64,000 nucleotides of DNA, from the IMG/VR virus record IMGVR_UViG_3300051212_001283, one strand, 5' to 3'. A program made the position numbers and the translations under genes. Shown in pieces: positions 40,969 to 49,710 of this stretch. Every line of letters begins with the position of its first letter. Within the stretch, counting starts at the first letter, position 1. The DNA is from an uncultured virus (IMG/VR IMGVR_UViG_3300051212_001283) (lineage: Duplodnaviria > Heunggongvirae > Uroviricota > Caudoviricetes). The notes below the pieces were generated by a model, which saw only the letters and a list, made by a program, of their open reading frames with translations, had not been told where the DNA came from and ran no database searches.

Positions 40969-41619
40969 ATGAAACTCATCACCGAAGAAGTACAAAAAGT
41001 AGAATTTATTACCGAAGGTAAGGGTTCTTCTCAAAAATGCTACATTAAAGGCATTTTCTTACAAGCAGAACAAATTAACAGAAACGGTAGAATGTATCCT
41101 CTTTCAATTATGGAAAGAGAAGTGAACAGGTATAATGAAAACTTTGTTCAGAAAGGACGTGCTCTTGGAGAACTTGGTCACCCAGATGGACCAACAGTAA
41201 ACCTTGATAGGGTTTCTCATAAAATTTGTGAACTTTACAAAGATGGTAATAACTTTATTGGTAAAGCACAAATTCTTGAAACTCCAATGGGAAAAATTGC
41301 ATCTTCTTTAATTAAAGAAGGTGTTTGTCTGGGAGTTTCTTCCCGTGGTGTTGGATCGCTTAAAGTAACTAATGAAGGTCATAAAATCGTTGGTGAAGAT
41401 TTTATGTTAGCAACTGCTGCTGATATTGTAGCAGATCCTTCTGCTCCTGATGCTTTTGTTCAGGGAATTATGGAAGGAAAAGAGTGGATTTGGGATGGTG
41501 GCATTCTTCGTGAGACACTTGCTGAGCAAACTCAAAGAAGAATTAACATCTTAGTAGATCAAAGAAGACTTGAAGAGCATAAATTAAATCTCTTCAATGA
41601 ATTTCTTTTAAATCTATAA
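40969..41619 (+). CDS. gp21: prohead core protease gp21
   Basis: MKLITE, NRNGRMY, GELGHP, GVSSRG.GS, DIVADPSAPDA. Confidence 0.97.
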   Translation: MKLITEEVQKVEFITEGKGSSQKCYIKGIFLQAEQINRNGRMYPLSIMEREVNRYNENFVQKGRALGELGHPDGPTVNLDRVSHKICELYKDGNNFIGKAQILETPMGKIASSLIKEGVCLGVSSRGVGSLKVTNEGHKIVGEDFMLATAADIVADPSAPDAFVQGIMEGKEWIWDGGILRETLAEQTQRRINILVDQRRLEEHKLNLFNEFLLNL

Positions 41620-41621
41620 AT

Positions 41622-41629
41622 TATAAATA
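41622..41629 (+). promoter_or_regulatory. T4-type late promoter
   Basis: Exact TATAAATA upstream of g22. Confidence 0.85.
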
Positions 41630-41658
41630 AATATAGATTATAACACAATCAATCTAAA

Positions 41659-42831
41659 ATGTCCGTTGGTAGAAATTTACAAGAAATGGAAAACGTAGTA
41701 ACCAAAGGAGCTGCACCTGCTGAGCCAATGCACACTATTGCACAGAATGCCTCTGGAGTAATGATTCCTGGGCAAACTGGCGCTTGGGAGGATTTAGGCG
41801 GCCCTACTCCAGAAAATTATCGTCCAGACGATGATTCTGCAACACTTAAAACTCCTGGAGCAACTCTTGCTCAAGTAAAAAATGTAGTCAACGCTAAAGC
41901 AGCATCTGCAGAACCTATGCCAACAATGGCAAAAGAAGAGACTGAAGAGGAAGAAGATCTCGTCGATGAAGAAGAACTCGACGAAGATGAAGAAGTAGTT
42001 GCCGAAGCTAAGCACGGTAAGAAAGGTAAGAAAGAAGAAGAAAAAGAAGAAGAGGAAGATGAGGAAGAGGAAGATGAAGATGAAATGAAAGAAGAGTTTG
42101 ACATTGAAGAAGATGTCAATGCTCTCCTTGAAGGTGAAGAACTTTCTGAGGAGTTCCAAGAAAAGGCACGTACTATTTTCGAAGCAGCAATTCGCTCAAA
42201 AGTTTCTGAAATCAAAGAAGAACTTCAGCAAACTTACGAAAATGCACTTATCGAAGAAGTTCAGTTTATCAAAGAAGAACTAACTGAGCGTGTAGACACT
42301 TATCTTGAGTATGTTGCCGACGAGTGGATTCAAGAGAATGCACTTTCTATTGAGCACGGTCTTAAGACCGAAATGACCGAATCATTCCTCCAAGGAATGA
42401 AGAGTCTTTTTGAAGATCATTATGTTTCAATCCCTGAAGATAGATATGATGTAATCGAGAGTATGGTAGATAAACTTGATGAAATGGAAGAAAAACTCAA
42501 CGAGCAAATCGAAAGAAATATTGCTCTTAATAGAAGATTAGCAGAGTCAGTTGCTGATGTAATTTTTGCAGATGTCGCTGAGGGTCTTGCACTTTCTCAG
42601 AAGGACAAACTCGCTTCTCTTGCAGAAAATGTTGAGTTTGATAGTGAAGAAAACTATCGTGAGAAACTGGTAACTCTGAGGGAATCATATTTCCCATCAA
42701 ACACTAGTACTCAAAGAGATGTAACTGAGAATTTATCAGAAGAAGTTTCCTATGATGGATCTGAACATTCTTCAGTTTCCCCAATTATGGAAGCATATCT
42801 TCAGACTCTCAGTAGAGTCGCTAACAAGTGA
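41659..42831 (+). CDS. gp22: prohead core scaffold protein gp22
   Basis: Acidic coiled coil; LSEEFQEKARTIFEAA, YLEYVADEW, LRESYF; between g21 and g23. Confidence 0.93.
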   Translation: MSVGRNLQEMENVVTKGAAPAEPMHTIAQNASGVMIPGQTGAWEDLGGPTPENYRPDDDSATLKTPGATLAQVKNVVNAKAASAEPMPTMAKEETEEEEDLVDEEELDEDEEVVAEAKHGKKGKKEEEKEEEEDEEEEDEDEMKEEFDIEEDVNALLEGEELSEEFQEKARTIFEAAIRSKVSEIKEELQQTYENALIEEVQFIKEELTERVDTYLEYVADEWIQENALSIEHGLKTEMTESFLQGMKSLFEDHYVSIPEDRYDVIESMVDKLDEMEEKLNEQIERNIALNRRLAESVADVIFADVAEGLALSQKDKLASLAENVEFDSEENYREKLVTLRESYFPSNTSTQRDVTENLSEEVSYDGSEHSSVSPIMEAYLQTLSRVANK

Positions 42832-42879
42832 TTTCTAAATTATAAATCAAACAAAACTTTTTAAAGAGGTAAAAATCAA

Positions 42880-44295
42880 ATGCAGATGTACAACACCGAA
42901 TATCTGCAGGAGAAGTGGGCACCGATCCTTGATTATCAAGGAATGGATCAAATCAAAGATTCACATCGTAGAGCGGTAACTGCTATCCTGCTAGAAAACC
43001 AAGAGAGAGAACTCCGTGAGGAGCGTTCTTTCCTTAGCGAAGCTTCCCCAACTAACTCCGCCGGTACTGGTGGTTTTAGCGGTAGTGCAGCTGGTTCAAC
43101 AGGTTCTCCTGTTGCTGGTTTCGATCCTGTTCTGATCTCGCTGATCAGACGTTCAATGCCTAATCTGATTGCTTATGATCTCTGTGGCGTTCAACCAATG
43201 AACGGTCCTACTGGACTCATTTTCGCAATGCGTTCACGTTATCAGAATCAGAGTGGTGCTGAAACATTCTACAACGAAGTAGATTCGGCATTCTCTGGTC
43301 AGAACAACACCCGTAACCTCAGCGCAGGTTTCATTGACGGAACTGTTGGTCTTGGTACAACCGCTCAGGGCGGAACCAACCCTTCAATTCTTGATGGTTC
43401 AAACCAAGCAAACAACGCTACAACTGGTGCTAACCAGTACAACGTTGGCGAGGGTATGACCACTGGTAATGCTGAAGCACTTGGCGACGGCAACACCAAC
43501 TACTTTAACGAGATGGCATTCTCGATTGAGAAGCTAACCGTTACTGCTAAGTCACGCGCTCTGAAGGCTGAATACTCGCTCGAACTAGCACAAGACCTGA
43601 AGGCAATTCATGGTCTGAATGCAGAGGCTGAGCTTGCTAACATCCTCAGCACTGAGATTCTCGCTGAAATCAACAGAGAAATCATCCGTACCGTTTATAA
43701 GGTTGCTGTTCCTGGTGCTCAGGTTAACACTGCTACCGCTGGTACTTTTGACCTCGACGTTGACTCCAACGGTCGTTGGTCGGTTGAGAAGTTCAAGGGT
43801 CTTATCTTCCAAATCGAGCGCGATGCAAACGCAATTGCACAGCAAACTCGTAGAGGAAAGGGTAACATGATCCTCTGCTCTGCTGATGTTGCTTCGGCAC
43901 TCACCATGGCAGGTGTTCTTGATTACACCCCTGCACTCAACGCTAACCTTAACGTTGATGACACTGGTAACACCTTCGCTGGTGTTCTCCAAGGTAAGTA
44001 CAGAGTCTACATCGACCCATATTCGGCAAACGTTGCTGCTAACCAGTTCTACGTTGTCGGTTATAAGGGTGCATCTCCTTATGATGCAGGTCTCTTCTAC
44101 TGCCCATATGTACCTCTCCAGATGGTACGTGCTGTTGGTGAGCAAACCTTCCAACCAAAAATCGGATTCAAGACTCGTTATGGAATTGTTGCGAATCCAT
44201 TTGCGAAGGGTGCTACTACTCCAACCGCTCCAGATAACATTGCTACCAACTCCAATGTTTACTACAGAAGAGTTAAAGTAGCTAACTTGATGTAA
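42880..44295 (+). CDS. gp23: major capsid protein gp23
   Basis: LQEKWAPIL, LIRRSMPNLIAYD.CGVQPM.GPTG, KSRALKAEYS.ELAQDL, FQPKIGFKTRYG. Confidence 0.99.
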   Translation: MQMYNTEYLQEKWAPILDYQGMDQIKDSHRRAVTAILLENQERELREERSFLSEASPTNSAGTGGFSGSAAGSTGSPVAGFDPVLISLIRRSMPNLIAYDLCGVQPMNGPTGLIFAMRSRYQNQSGAETFYNEVDSAFSGQNNTRNLSAGFIDGTVGLGTTAQGGTNPSILDGSNQANNATTGANQYNVGEGMTTGNAEALGDGNTNYFNEMAFSIEKLTVTAKSRALKAEYSLELAQDLKAIHGLNAEAELANILSTEILAEINREIIRTVYKVAVPGAQVNTATAGTFDLDVDSNGRWSVEKFKGLIFQIERDANAIAQQTRRGKGNMILCSADVASALTMAGVLDYTPALNANLNVDDTGNTFAGVLQGKYRVYIDPYSANVAANQFYVVGYKGASPYDAGLFYCPYVPLQMVRAVGEQTFQPKIGFKTRYGIVANPFAKGATTPTAPDNIATNSNVYYRRVKVANLM

Positions 44296-44318
44296 AATAC
44301 ATCAGTTATAAATTTTTG

Positions 44319-44344
44319 AAAGAGGGAGAAATCCCTCTTTTTTT
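44319..44344 (+). terminator. intrinsic terminator after g23
   Basis: AAAGAGGGA-GAAA-TCCCTCTTT stem followed by a T run. Confidence 0.9.
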
Positions 44345-44346
44345 AT

Positions 44347-44354
44347 TATAAATA
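44347..44354 (+). promoter_or_regulatory. T4-type late promoter for the GIY-YIG endonuclease
   Basis: Exact TATAAATA directly after the terminator. Confidence 0.8.
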
Positions 44355-44382
44355 AAGGACACATACCTTTTAATTATTATCA

Positions 44383-44880
44383 ATGGCATTTATATACAAA
44401 GCAACCAATAAAATAAATGGTAAGATGTATATTGGAAGAACATCCTATGATAAGTTATATAAAAGAATTAATGCACATATATGGTATTCTAAACATAAAA
44501 ATTCAAATATACCATTCTCAAATGCTTTAAAAAAATATGGAAAAGAGAATTTTGAGTGGGAAATTTTAGAAGAATGTAAAAAAGAAGATATGGGAATTAG
44601 AGAAATACATTGGATTGGTCAATTAAATCCAGAATACAATGTAACATTGGGTGGAGATGGGGGAACTTATGGAAGACCTTGCCCAGAACACGTAAAAGAA
44701 GCAACTAGAATATCAAACAGCAGACCTGTAATAGATACTAGAACTGGAGTTGTATATAAAAGTGCAACTGAAGCATCTCAAAAACTAGGTATTTTAAGAA
44801 CCAGCATTTCAAGAAGTTGTGCAAAAGACGAAACAAAAAGCAGACCCAACAGAAAACCTTGGTTTAGATATGTACATTAA
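44383..44880 (+). mobile_element. free-standing GIY-YIG (Seg-like) homing endonuclease gene
   Basis: FIYKATNKINGKMYIG, conserved R..H, E and YN; C-terminal HTH-like VYKSATEAS..LGI..TSISRSC. Confidence 0.85.
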
Positions 44881-44898
44881 AGATAAATACAAATAAAA

Positions 44899-45444
44899 AT
44901 GTCTTGTAATTTTCCAAATCAAATTACCAACAGGAATTTTTTATCACCGGTTGGATTTAAGTTTACTCTTGCTAAAGAACCAACTGTTCCATTTTTTTGT
45001 AATGCTGCAAAAATTCCTCAAGTTACATTTGAAACTTTAAAACAACCATCTTATTTAAAAGATCTTGATATTCCAGGCGGAAAACTTGAATATGAAGATT
45101 TAACACTGAAATTTATTGTTGATGAGAACATGGAAAATTATATGGCAATTCATAACTGGTTAACTGGTTTGGGATTTCCGGAAACTACACAACAATATAA
45201 AAACTTAACAACAAACGAACAAGGTATTAGAGATTCAAAAGAAGCATTTAGTGATGGAAGTTTATATGTATTGAACAGTAGTTATAATACGATTGCAATC
45301 ATAAAATTTAAAGATCTTTTTCCATTTTCACTTTCATCACTAGAATTTGATTCTACAAAGACGGATATCCAGTACTTTACAGCAGATGTTTCTTTCAAGT
45401 ATACTGTATATAATATCTTGAATACCAATGGCGAACCCTTATGA
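44899..45444 (+). CDS. gp3: tail completion/tube terminator gp3
   Basis: NRNFLSPVGFKF, IPG.KLEY.DL.L.FIVDE..ENY..IHNW; upstream of uvsY. Confidence 0.92.
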   Translation: MSCNFPNQITNRNFLSPVGFKFTLAKEPTVPFFCNAAKIPQVTFETLKQPSYLKDLDIPGGKLEYEDLTLKFIVDENMENYMAIHNWLTGLGFPETTQQYKNLTTNEQGIRDSKEAFSDGSLYVLNSSYNTIAIIKFKDLFPFSLSSLEFDSTKTDIQYFTADVSFKYTVYNILNTNGEPL

Positions 45445-45872
45445 ATCTTGATGAAATCCAGGAAATGTGGCAGAGGGATTCTGTCATTGATCCTGATAAT
45501 TTACATGATGAATCTTTAAAAATTCCTCAACTTCACGCAAAGTATTATACCATTTATAATACAATTACCCTACTTAGAGAAAAGGCAAGAGAAACGTACA
45601 ATAGAGTAAAATTAGAGCGTCATAACTACTACACAGGAAAGGCACCAGCAGAGGTTTATGTAGAAGAACCATTTCCGTATAAAGTAAGAGACAAAGAAGC
45701 GTTACAGAGGCATATGGAAGCGGATGAGAGATTGAATAAAATTGATCTTAAGATCCGATATTATGACATTATGCTCAAGTTTCTTGAGGAAGTAATTAAA
45801 ATGATTTCTAATCGCAATTATTCTATCAAGAACGCAATAGATTGGAATCGGTTCCAAGCAGGGTTTAATTAA
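45441..45872 (+). CDS. uvsY: recombination mediator UvsY
   Basis: W..DS.ID...L..ES..IP.LHAKY, YYTGKA, R.Y.IKNAIDW..F.AG. Confidence 0.92.
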   Translation: MNLDEIQEMWQRDSVIDPDNLHDESLKIPQLHAKYYTIYNTITLLREKARETYNRVKLERHNYYTGKAPAEVYVEEPFPYKVRDKEALQRHMEADERLNKIDLKIRYYDIMLKFLEEVIKMISNRNYSIKNAIDWNRFQAGFN

Positions 45873-45905
45873 TAGAAATAAATATTCATAACTGATATGT
45901 TATGA

Positions 45906-47369
45906 ATGTCACATTTGATTATCTCAAAAAAGAATGAGGTATATCTTCAAGTTGAAGCAGAACCACACATCTATTATGAGTTAAGAGATGCATTTCAATT
46001 TGAAGTCCCAAATGCTAAGTTTGCCCCTGCTTATCGAAATAAGTATTGGGATGGATTTATATACCTATTCAATGTAAACACGAAAGAAATATACATTGGT
46101 TTATTAGACAAACTCATAAGATTCTGCGAACAACACGAATACACTTATGAGTTTAGAGACAATAAGTATTATGGTCTTCCTTTTGAGGTGAATGAAAACA
46201 TCTCAAAGGAAGGTGTGAAAGATTATATGCATTCTATCTGCAAGTATGCTCCCCGTGATTACCAAGTTGAGGGAGTATACGACGCATTAAGACATAATAG
46301 AAAGTTGTTGATATCTCCAACTGCTTCTGGAAAGTCGTTGATGATATACTCGATTGTGAGATATTACGTTGAGAAAGGACAAAATATTCTCGTAGTTGTC
46401 CCAACGACATCCCTTGTAGAGCAGATGTATAAAGATTTTGAAGATTACGGGTTTGATGTGGGATCATACTGCCACAAGATTTATGCTGGGAAAGAAAGAG
46501 AAACGGATTCTCAGGTGATTATCACAACCTGGCAGTCCATCTACAAACTCCCCCGTCAATATTTTTCAAGATTTAATGTGGTCGTAGGAGATGAAGCGCA
46601 CCAGTTTAAATCGAAGTCATTAGTATCTATAATGACAAAACTTTCTGATGCCAAATATCGTTTTGGATTTACAGGAACTCTAGATGGAACACAAACTCAC
46701 AAATGGGTTTTAGAAGGTTTATTTGGCCCGTCATATAAAATCATCAAAACTGATGAGTTGATGAAGAAAGGTCATGTTGCCAAACTTGATATTAATATTC
46801 TTCTACTGAAACACCCACCGAATCGTTTTGAGAATTTTGAGGAAGAAGTTCAGTATATTATTAACCATGAAAAGAGAAACAAGTTTATCAAGAATCTTGC
46901 TATAGATCTTAAAGGAAACACTTTGATTCTCTTTGCGAGGGTTGAAGGTCACGGACAACCTTTGTATGAACTCATAAATAAGAGTATCGGTGAGGATCGT
47001 CATGTATTCTTCGTACATGGTGGTGTTGATACTGAAAATCGTGAAAAAGTAAGAGAGATTACTGAAAAGGAAAATAATGCGATTATTGTGGCATCATATG
47101 GAACATTTAGTACGGGCATTAACATTAAGAATTTACATAATGTTATTTTTGCTTCACCTTCGAAGTCTAGAATCCGCAATCTTCAATCAATCGGAAGAGT
47201 TTTAAGAAAAGGAAACAATAAGACAAAAGCAACTCTATATGACATTGCCGATGATATCAGTTATAAGTCAAGAAAAAATTATACCCTCAATCACTTAATC
47301 GAAAGAATCAAAGTCTATAATGAAGAAAATTTTAATTACGATATTGTAAACATACCTTTCAAGAACTAA
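45906..47369 (+). CDS. uvsW: SF2 helicase UvsW
   Basis: SPTASGKS, GDEAH, TGT, GTFSTGINI, QSIGRVLR. Confidence 0.97.
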   Translation: MSHLIISKKNEVYLQVEAEPHIYYELRDAFQFEVPNAKFAPAYRNKYWDGFIYLFNVNTKEIYIGLLDKLIRFCEQHEYTYEFRDNKYYGLPFEVNENISKEGVKDYMHSICKYAPRDYQVEGVYDALRHNRKLLISPTASGKSLMIYSIVRYYVEKGQNILVVVPTTSLVEQMYKDFEDYGFDVGSYCHKIYAGKERETDSQVIITTWQSIYKLPRQYFSRFNVVVGDEAHQFKSKSLVSIMTKLSDAKYRFGFTGTLDGTQTHKWVLEGLFGPSYKIIKTDELMKKGHVAKLDINILLLKHPPNRFENFEEEVQYIINHEKRNKFIKNLAIDLKGNTLILFARVEGHGQPLYELINKSIGEDRHVFFVHGGVDTENREKVREITEKENNAIIVASYGTFSTGINIKNLHNVIFASPSKSRIRNLQSIGRVLRKGNNKTKATLYDIADDISYKSRKNYTLNHLIERIKVYNEENFNYDIVNIPFKN

Positions 47370-47776
47370 TGGGAGAAGAGTTTTACGCAATTATAAAACT
47401 AGTATCAGGTGAAGAGATTCTATCATTAGTCCTTGTGGATGAGAATGATGGAGATCCTGTATTAGTACTTCAGAATCCAGTTACAATGAAGACTTATAAT
47501 AATCAGCATGGTGCATACCTTAAGGTTAAACCATGGATGGAAATGTCTGATGATGATTTCTTTATTGTAAAACTTGATAAGATTATTACAATGACTGAGA
47601 CTAAAGATAAAAGACTATTAGATATCTACAACAATTACATTGAAGATGATGATAGTATTGATGTTTATAATCCTTCTGGTAAGGTAAAACCATCATCTAA
47701 GATGGGATACATCTCTTCAGTTGAAGATGCTCGCAAGAGCCTTGAAAGAATCTTTAAAGGTATTAAAGAAAGCTAA
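47369..47776 (+). CDS. conserved hypothetical protein (possible Sm-like fold)
   Basis: IKLVSGEEI..PW motif; usual position between uvsW and g55. Confidence 0.7.
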   Translation: MGEEFYAIIKLVSGEEILSLVLVDENDGDPVLVLQNPVTMKTYNNQHGAYLKVKPWMEMSDDDFFIVKLDKIITMTETKDKRLLDIYNNYIEDDDSIDVYNPSGKVKPSSKMGYISSVEDARKSLERIFKGIKES

Positions 47777-47803
47777 ATCCTGATCTTCAACCGGGACAAA
47801 GGT

Positions 47804-47832
47804 AGTCTACACATATTTTCATACCTTGTCAA
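47804..47832 (-). promoter_or_regulatory. putative antisense sigma70-type promoter
   Basis: Minus strand TTGACA (47832-47827), 17-nt spacer, TAGACT (47809-47804). Confidence 0.55.
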
Positions 47833-47854
47833 GCCCCTATGATTGTGGTATAAT
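47826..47854 (+). promoter_or_regulatory. sigma70-type promoter for g55
   Basis: TTGTCA (47826-47831), 17-nt spacer, TGn-TATAAT (47849-47854). Confidence 0.8.
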
Positions 47855-47886
47855 AAGCATAACCTATATTAGATAAGTCCAATGCT

Positions 47887-48402
47887 ATGCCTAAGAAAAA
47901 GACAGAACATTATGTAAACAATAAAGAACTTTTAGAAGCGATGGTTGTATATCGTTCTAAAGTTGAAAAGTCATTCAATGAGAAATTCAATAGAAACCCC
48001 ACTAAAGAAGACAGGGGCAAGCATTGGGAAGGTAAACCACCAATTCCAAATTATCTTGGGGAATGCTTTCTTAAAATTGCCACACACTTGTCATACAAAC
48101 CAAACTTCGTCAACTATATGTTCCGTGAGGATATGATTTCTGACGGAATTGAAAATTGTGTTCAGTACATTCACAACTTTGACCCAGAGAAGTCTAAGAA
48201 TCCTTTTGCTTATTTTACTCAGATTATTCACTACGCATTTCTGAGAAGAATCCAAAAGGAAAAGAAACAATTGGATATTAAGACAAAGATTATTGAACGC
48301 ACTGGATTTGATGAGGTGATGATGGTTGACGATAGCTTGCTTTCTGGGCACAGTTCGGAGTATAATAGCATCAAAGACGCCATCCAATATCGCAATAAAT
48401 GA
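47887..48402 (+). CDS. gp55: late-transcription sigma factor gp55
   Basis: HYVNNKE, YLGECFLKIA.HLS.KPNF.NY, DGIENC, NPFAYFTQI..AFLRRI.KEKKQ. Confidence 0.97.
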   Translation: MPKKKTEHYVNNKELLEAMVVYRSKVEKSFNEKFNRNPTKEDRGKHWEGKPPIPNYLGECFLKIATHLSYKPNFVNYMFREDMISDGIENCVQYIHNFDPEKSKNPFAYFTQIIHYAFLRRIQKEKKQLDIKTKIIERTGFDEVMMVDDSLLSGHSSEYNSIKDAIQYRNK

Positions 48403-49433
48403 AGGTAGCAATTATTACTGATAGTCACTACGGTGCCAAAAAAGGGTCTAAACATCTTCACGATTATTTTGAACTCTTTTACAAAAATGTATTTTTTCCT
48501 GCCCTTGAAGAAAACAATGTAGAGGCAGTCATTCATATGGGTGATGCTTTTGATAGTCGCAAGTCAATTGATTATCAAAGTCTTGAGTGGTCGAAAAGAG
48601 TTGTATTCGACCCTCTCAAAAAGTATGATGTCCATATGATTATTGGAAATCACGATACTTATTATAAGAATACCAATAGTGTAAATTCGCCCGAACTTAT
48701 CCTTCAGACTTATTCTAATATAAAAACTTATAGTGACCCGACAGAAGTTAATATTGGTGGATTGAAGATTTTATTTTTACCTTGGATTAATCAAGAAAAT
48801 GAAGCAAAAACTCTCAAACTTATTCAAAAGACTACTAGCAGGTGTGCGATGGGGCACCTTGAACTCCAAGGATTTAGAGTTAATCGACAACTCATCATGG
48901 AGCATGGTCTGGACAGCAAGTTATTTGAGAAGTTCGAACGGGTCTACTCGGGACACTATCACACTCGATCGAACAATGGAAAAGTCTTCTATCTAGGAAA
49001 TCCTTATGAGATGTATTGGACGGATGTAAATGATACTCGGGGATTTCATATTTTTGATACCGAAACATTAGAGCATACTCCAATCAACAATCCTTATAAA
49101 TTATTCTATAACATTTACTATGAGGATACCCCTTATCAATTGTTTGATACTACAGAGTATGAAAACAAAATTGTAAAGGTCATTGTCCGTAAGAAATCTA
49201 AACCCAAAGATTTTGAAAAGTTTATTGATAAACTTTATACGGCAGGAATCCAAGATCTCAAAATCGTAGAAAACTTTGATATTCAAGAGAACGAAGATTT
49301 TGAGGTTGATGAAGAAGAAAATACTATGTCTATTCTAAATCGTTATATTGACGAAGCAGAATTTGAATTTGATAAAAACATTATCAAAGGCATTTTTCAA
49401 GATCTTTATCGACAAGCTTGCGAGGTAGAATAA
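48399..49433 (+). CDS. gp47: recombination endonuclease subunit gp47 (SbcD/Mre11-like)
   Basis: TDSHYG, GDAFD, GNHD, GHLE, SGHYH phosphoesterase motifs. Confidence 0.97.
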   Translation: MKVAIITDSHYGAKKGSKHLHDYFELFYKNVFFPALEENNVEAVIHMGDAFDSRKSIDYQSLEWSKRVVFDPLKKYDVHMIIGNHDTYYKNTNSVNSPELILQTYSNIKTYSDPTEVNIGGLKILFLPWINQENEAKTLKLIQKTTSRCAMGHLELQGFRVNRQLIMEHGLDSKLFEKFERVYSGHYHTRSNNGKVFYLGNPYEMYWTDVNDTRGFHIFDTETLEHTPINNPYKLFYNIYYEDTPYQLFDTTEYENKIVKVIVRKKSKPKDFEKFIDKLYTAGIQDLKIVENFDIQENEDFEVDEEENTMSILNRYIDEAEFEFDKNIIKGIFQDLYRQACEVE

Positions 49434-49434
49434 A

Positions 49435-49710
49435 ATGTTTCTCCTTACTCTCAAAGATAGAAAAGACGATGGTGCTTATGCCGTCCAAGATCAATACGGA
49501 CATAAAGTTTTATTTCTTTTTGAGGATGAGGATGATGCTACCCGTTATGCTTTGATGCTAGAAGACCAAGAAGACCAAGAAATGGATGTTATTGAGGTTG
49601 ACGACGACCTTGCCATAAAGACTTGTAAGTTGTATAATTACAAGTATGCTGTGATCACTCCTGACGATATCGTAATTCCTCCTAAAAATGTTGCTATTTC
49701 ACAAGATTAG
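49435..49710 (+). CDS. hypothetical protein (DUF3110-like)
   Basis: LFLFEDEDDATRYA.ML...VIPP; between g47 and g46. Confidence 0.6.
   Translation: MFLLTLKDRKDDGAYAVQDQYGHKVLFLFEDEDDATRYALMLEDQEDQEMDVIEVDDDLAIKTCKLYNYKYAVITPDDIVIPPKNVAISQD

Noticed and set aside
41794..42215. Poly-Phe and poly-Ser minus-strand ORFs
   Set aside because: Mirror of the GAA/GAT acidic tract of gp22
33980..47369. Introns or inteins in g17, g20, g23 and uvsW
   Set aside because: All are uninterrupted, of normal length, and lack intein terminal motifs
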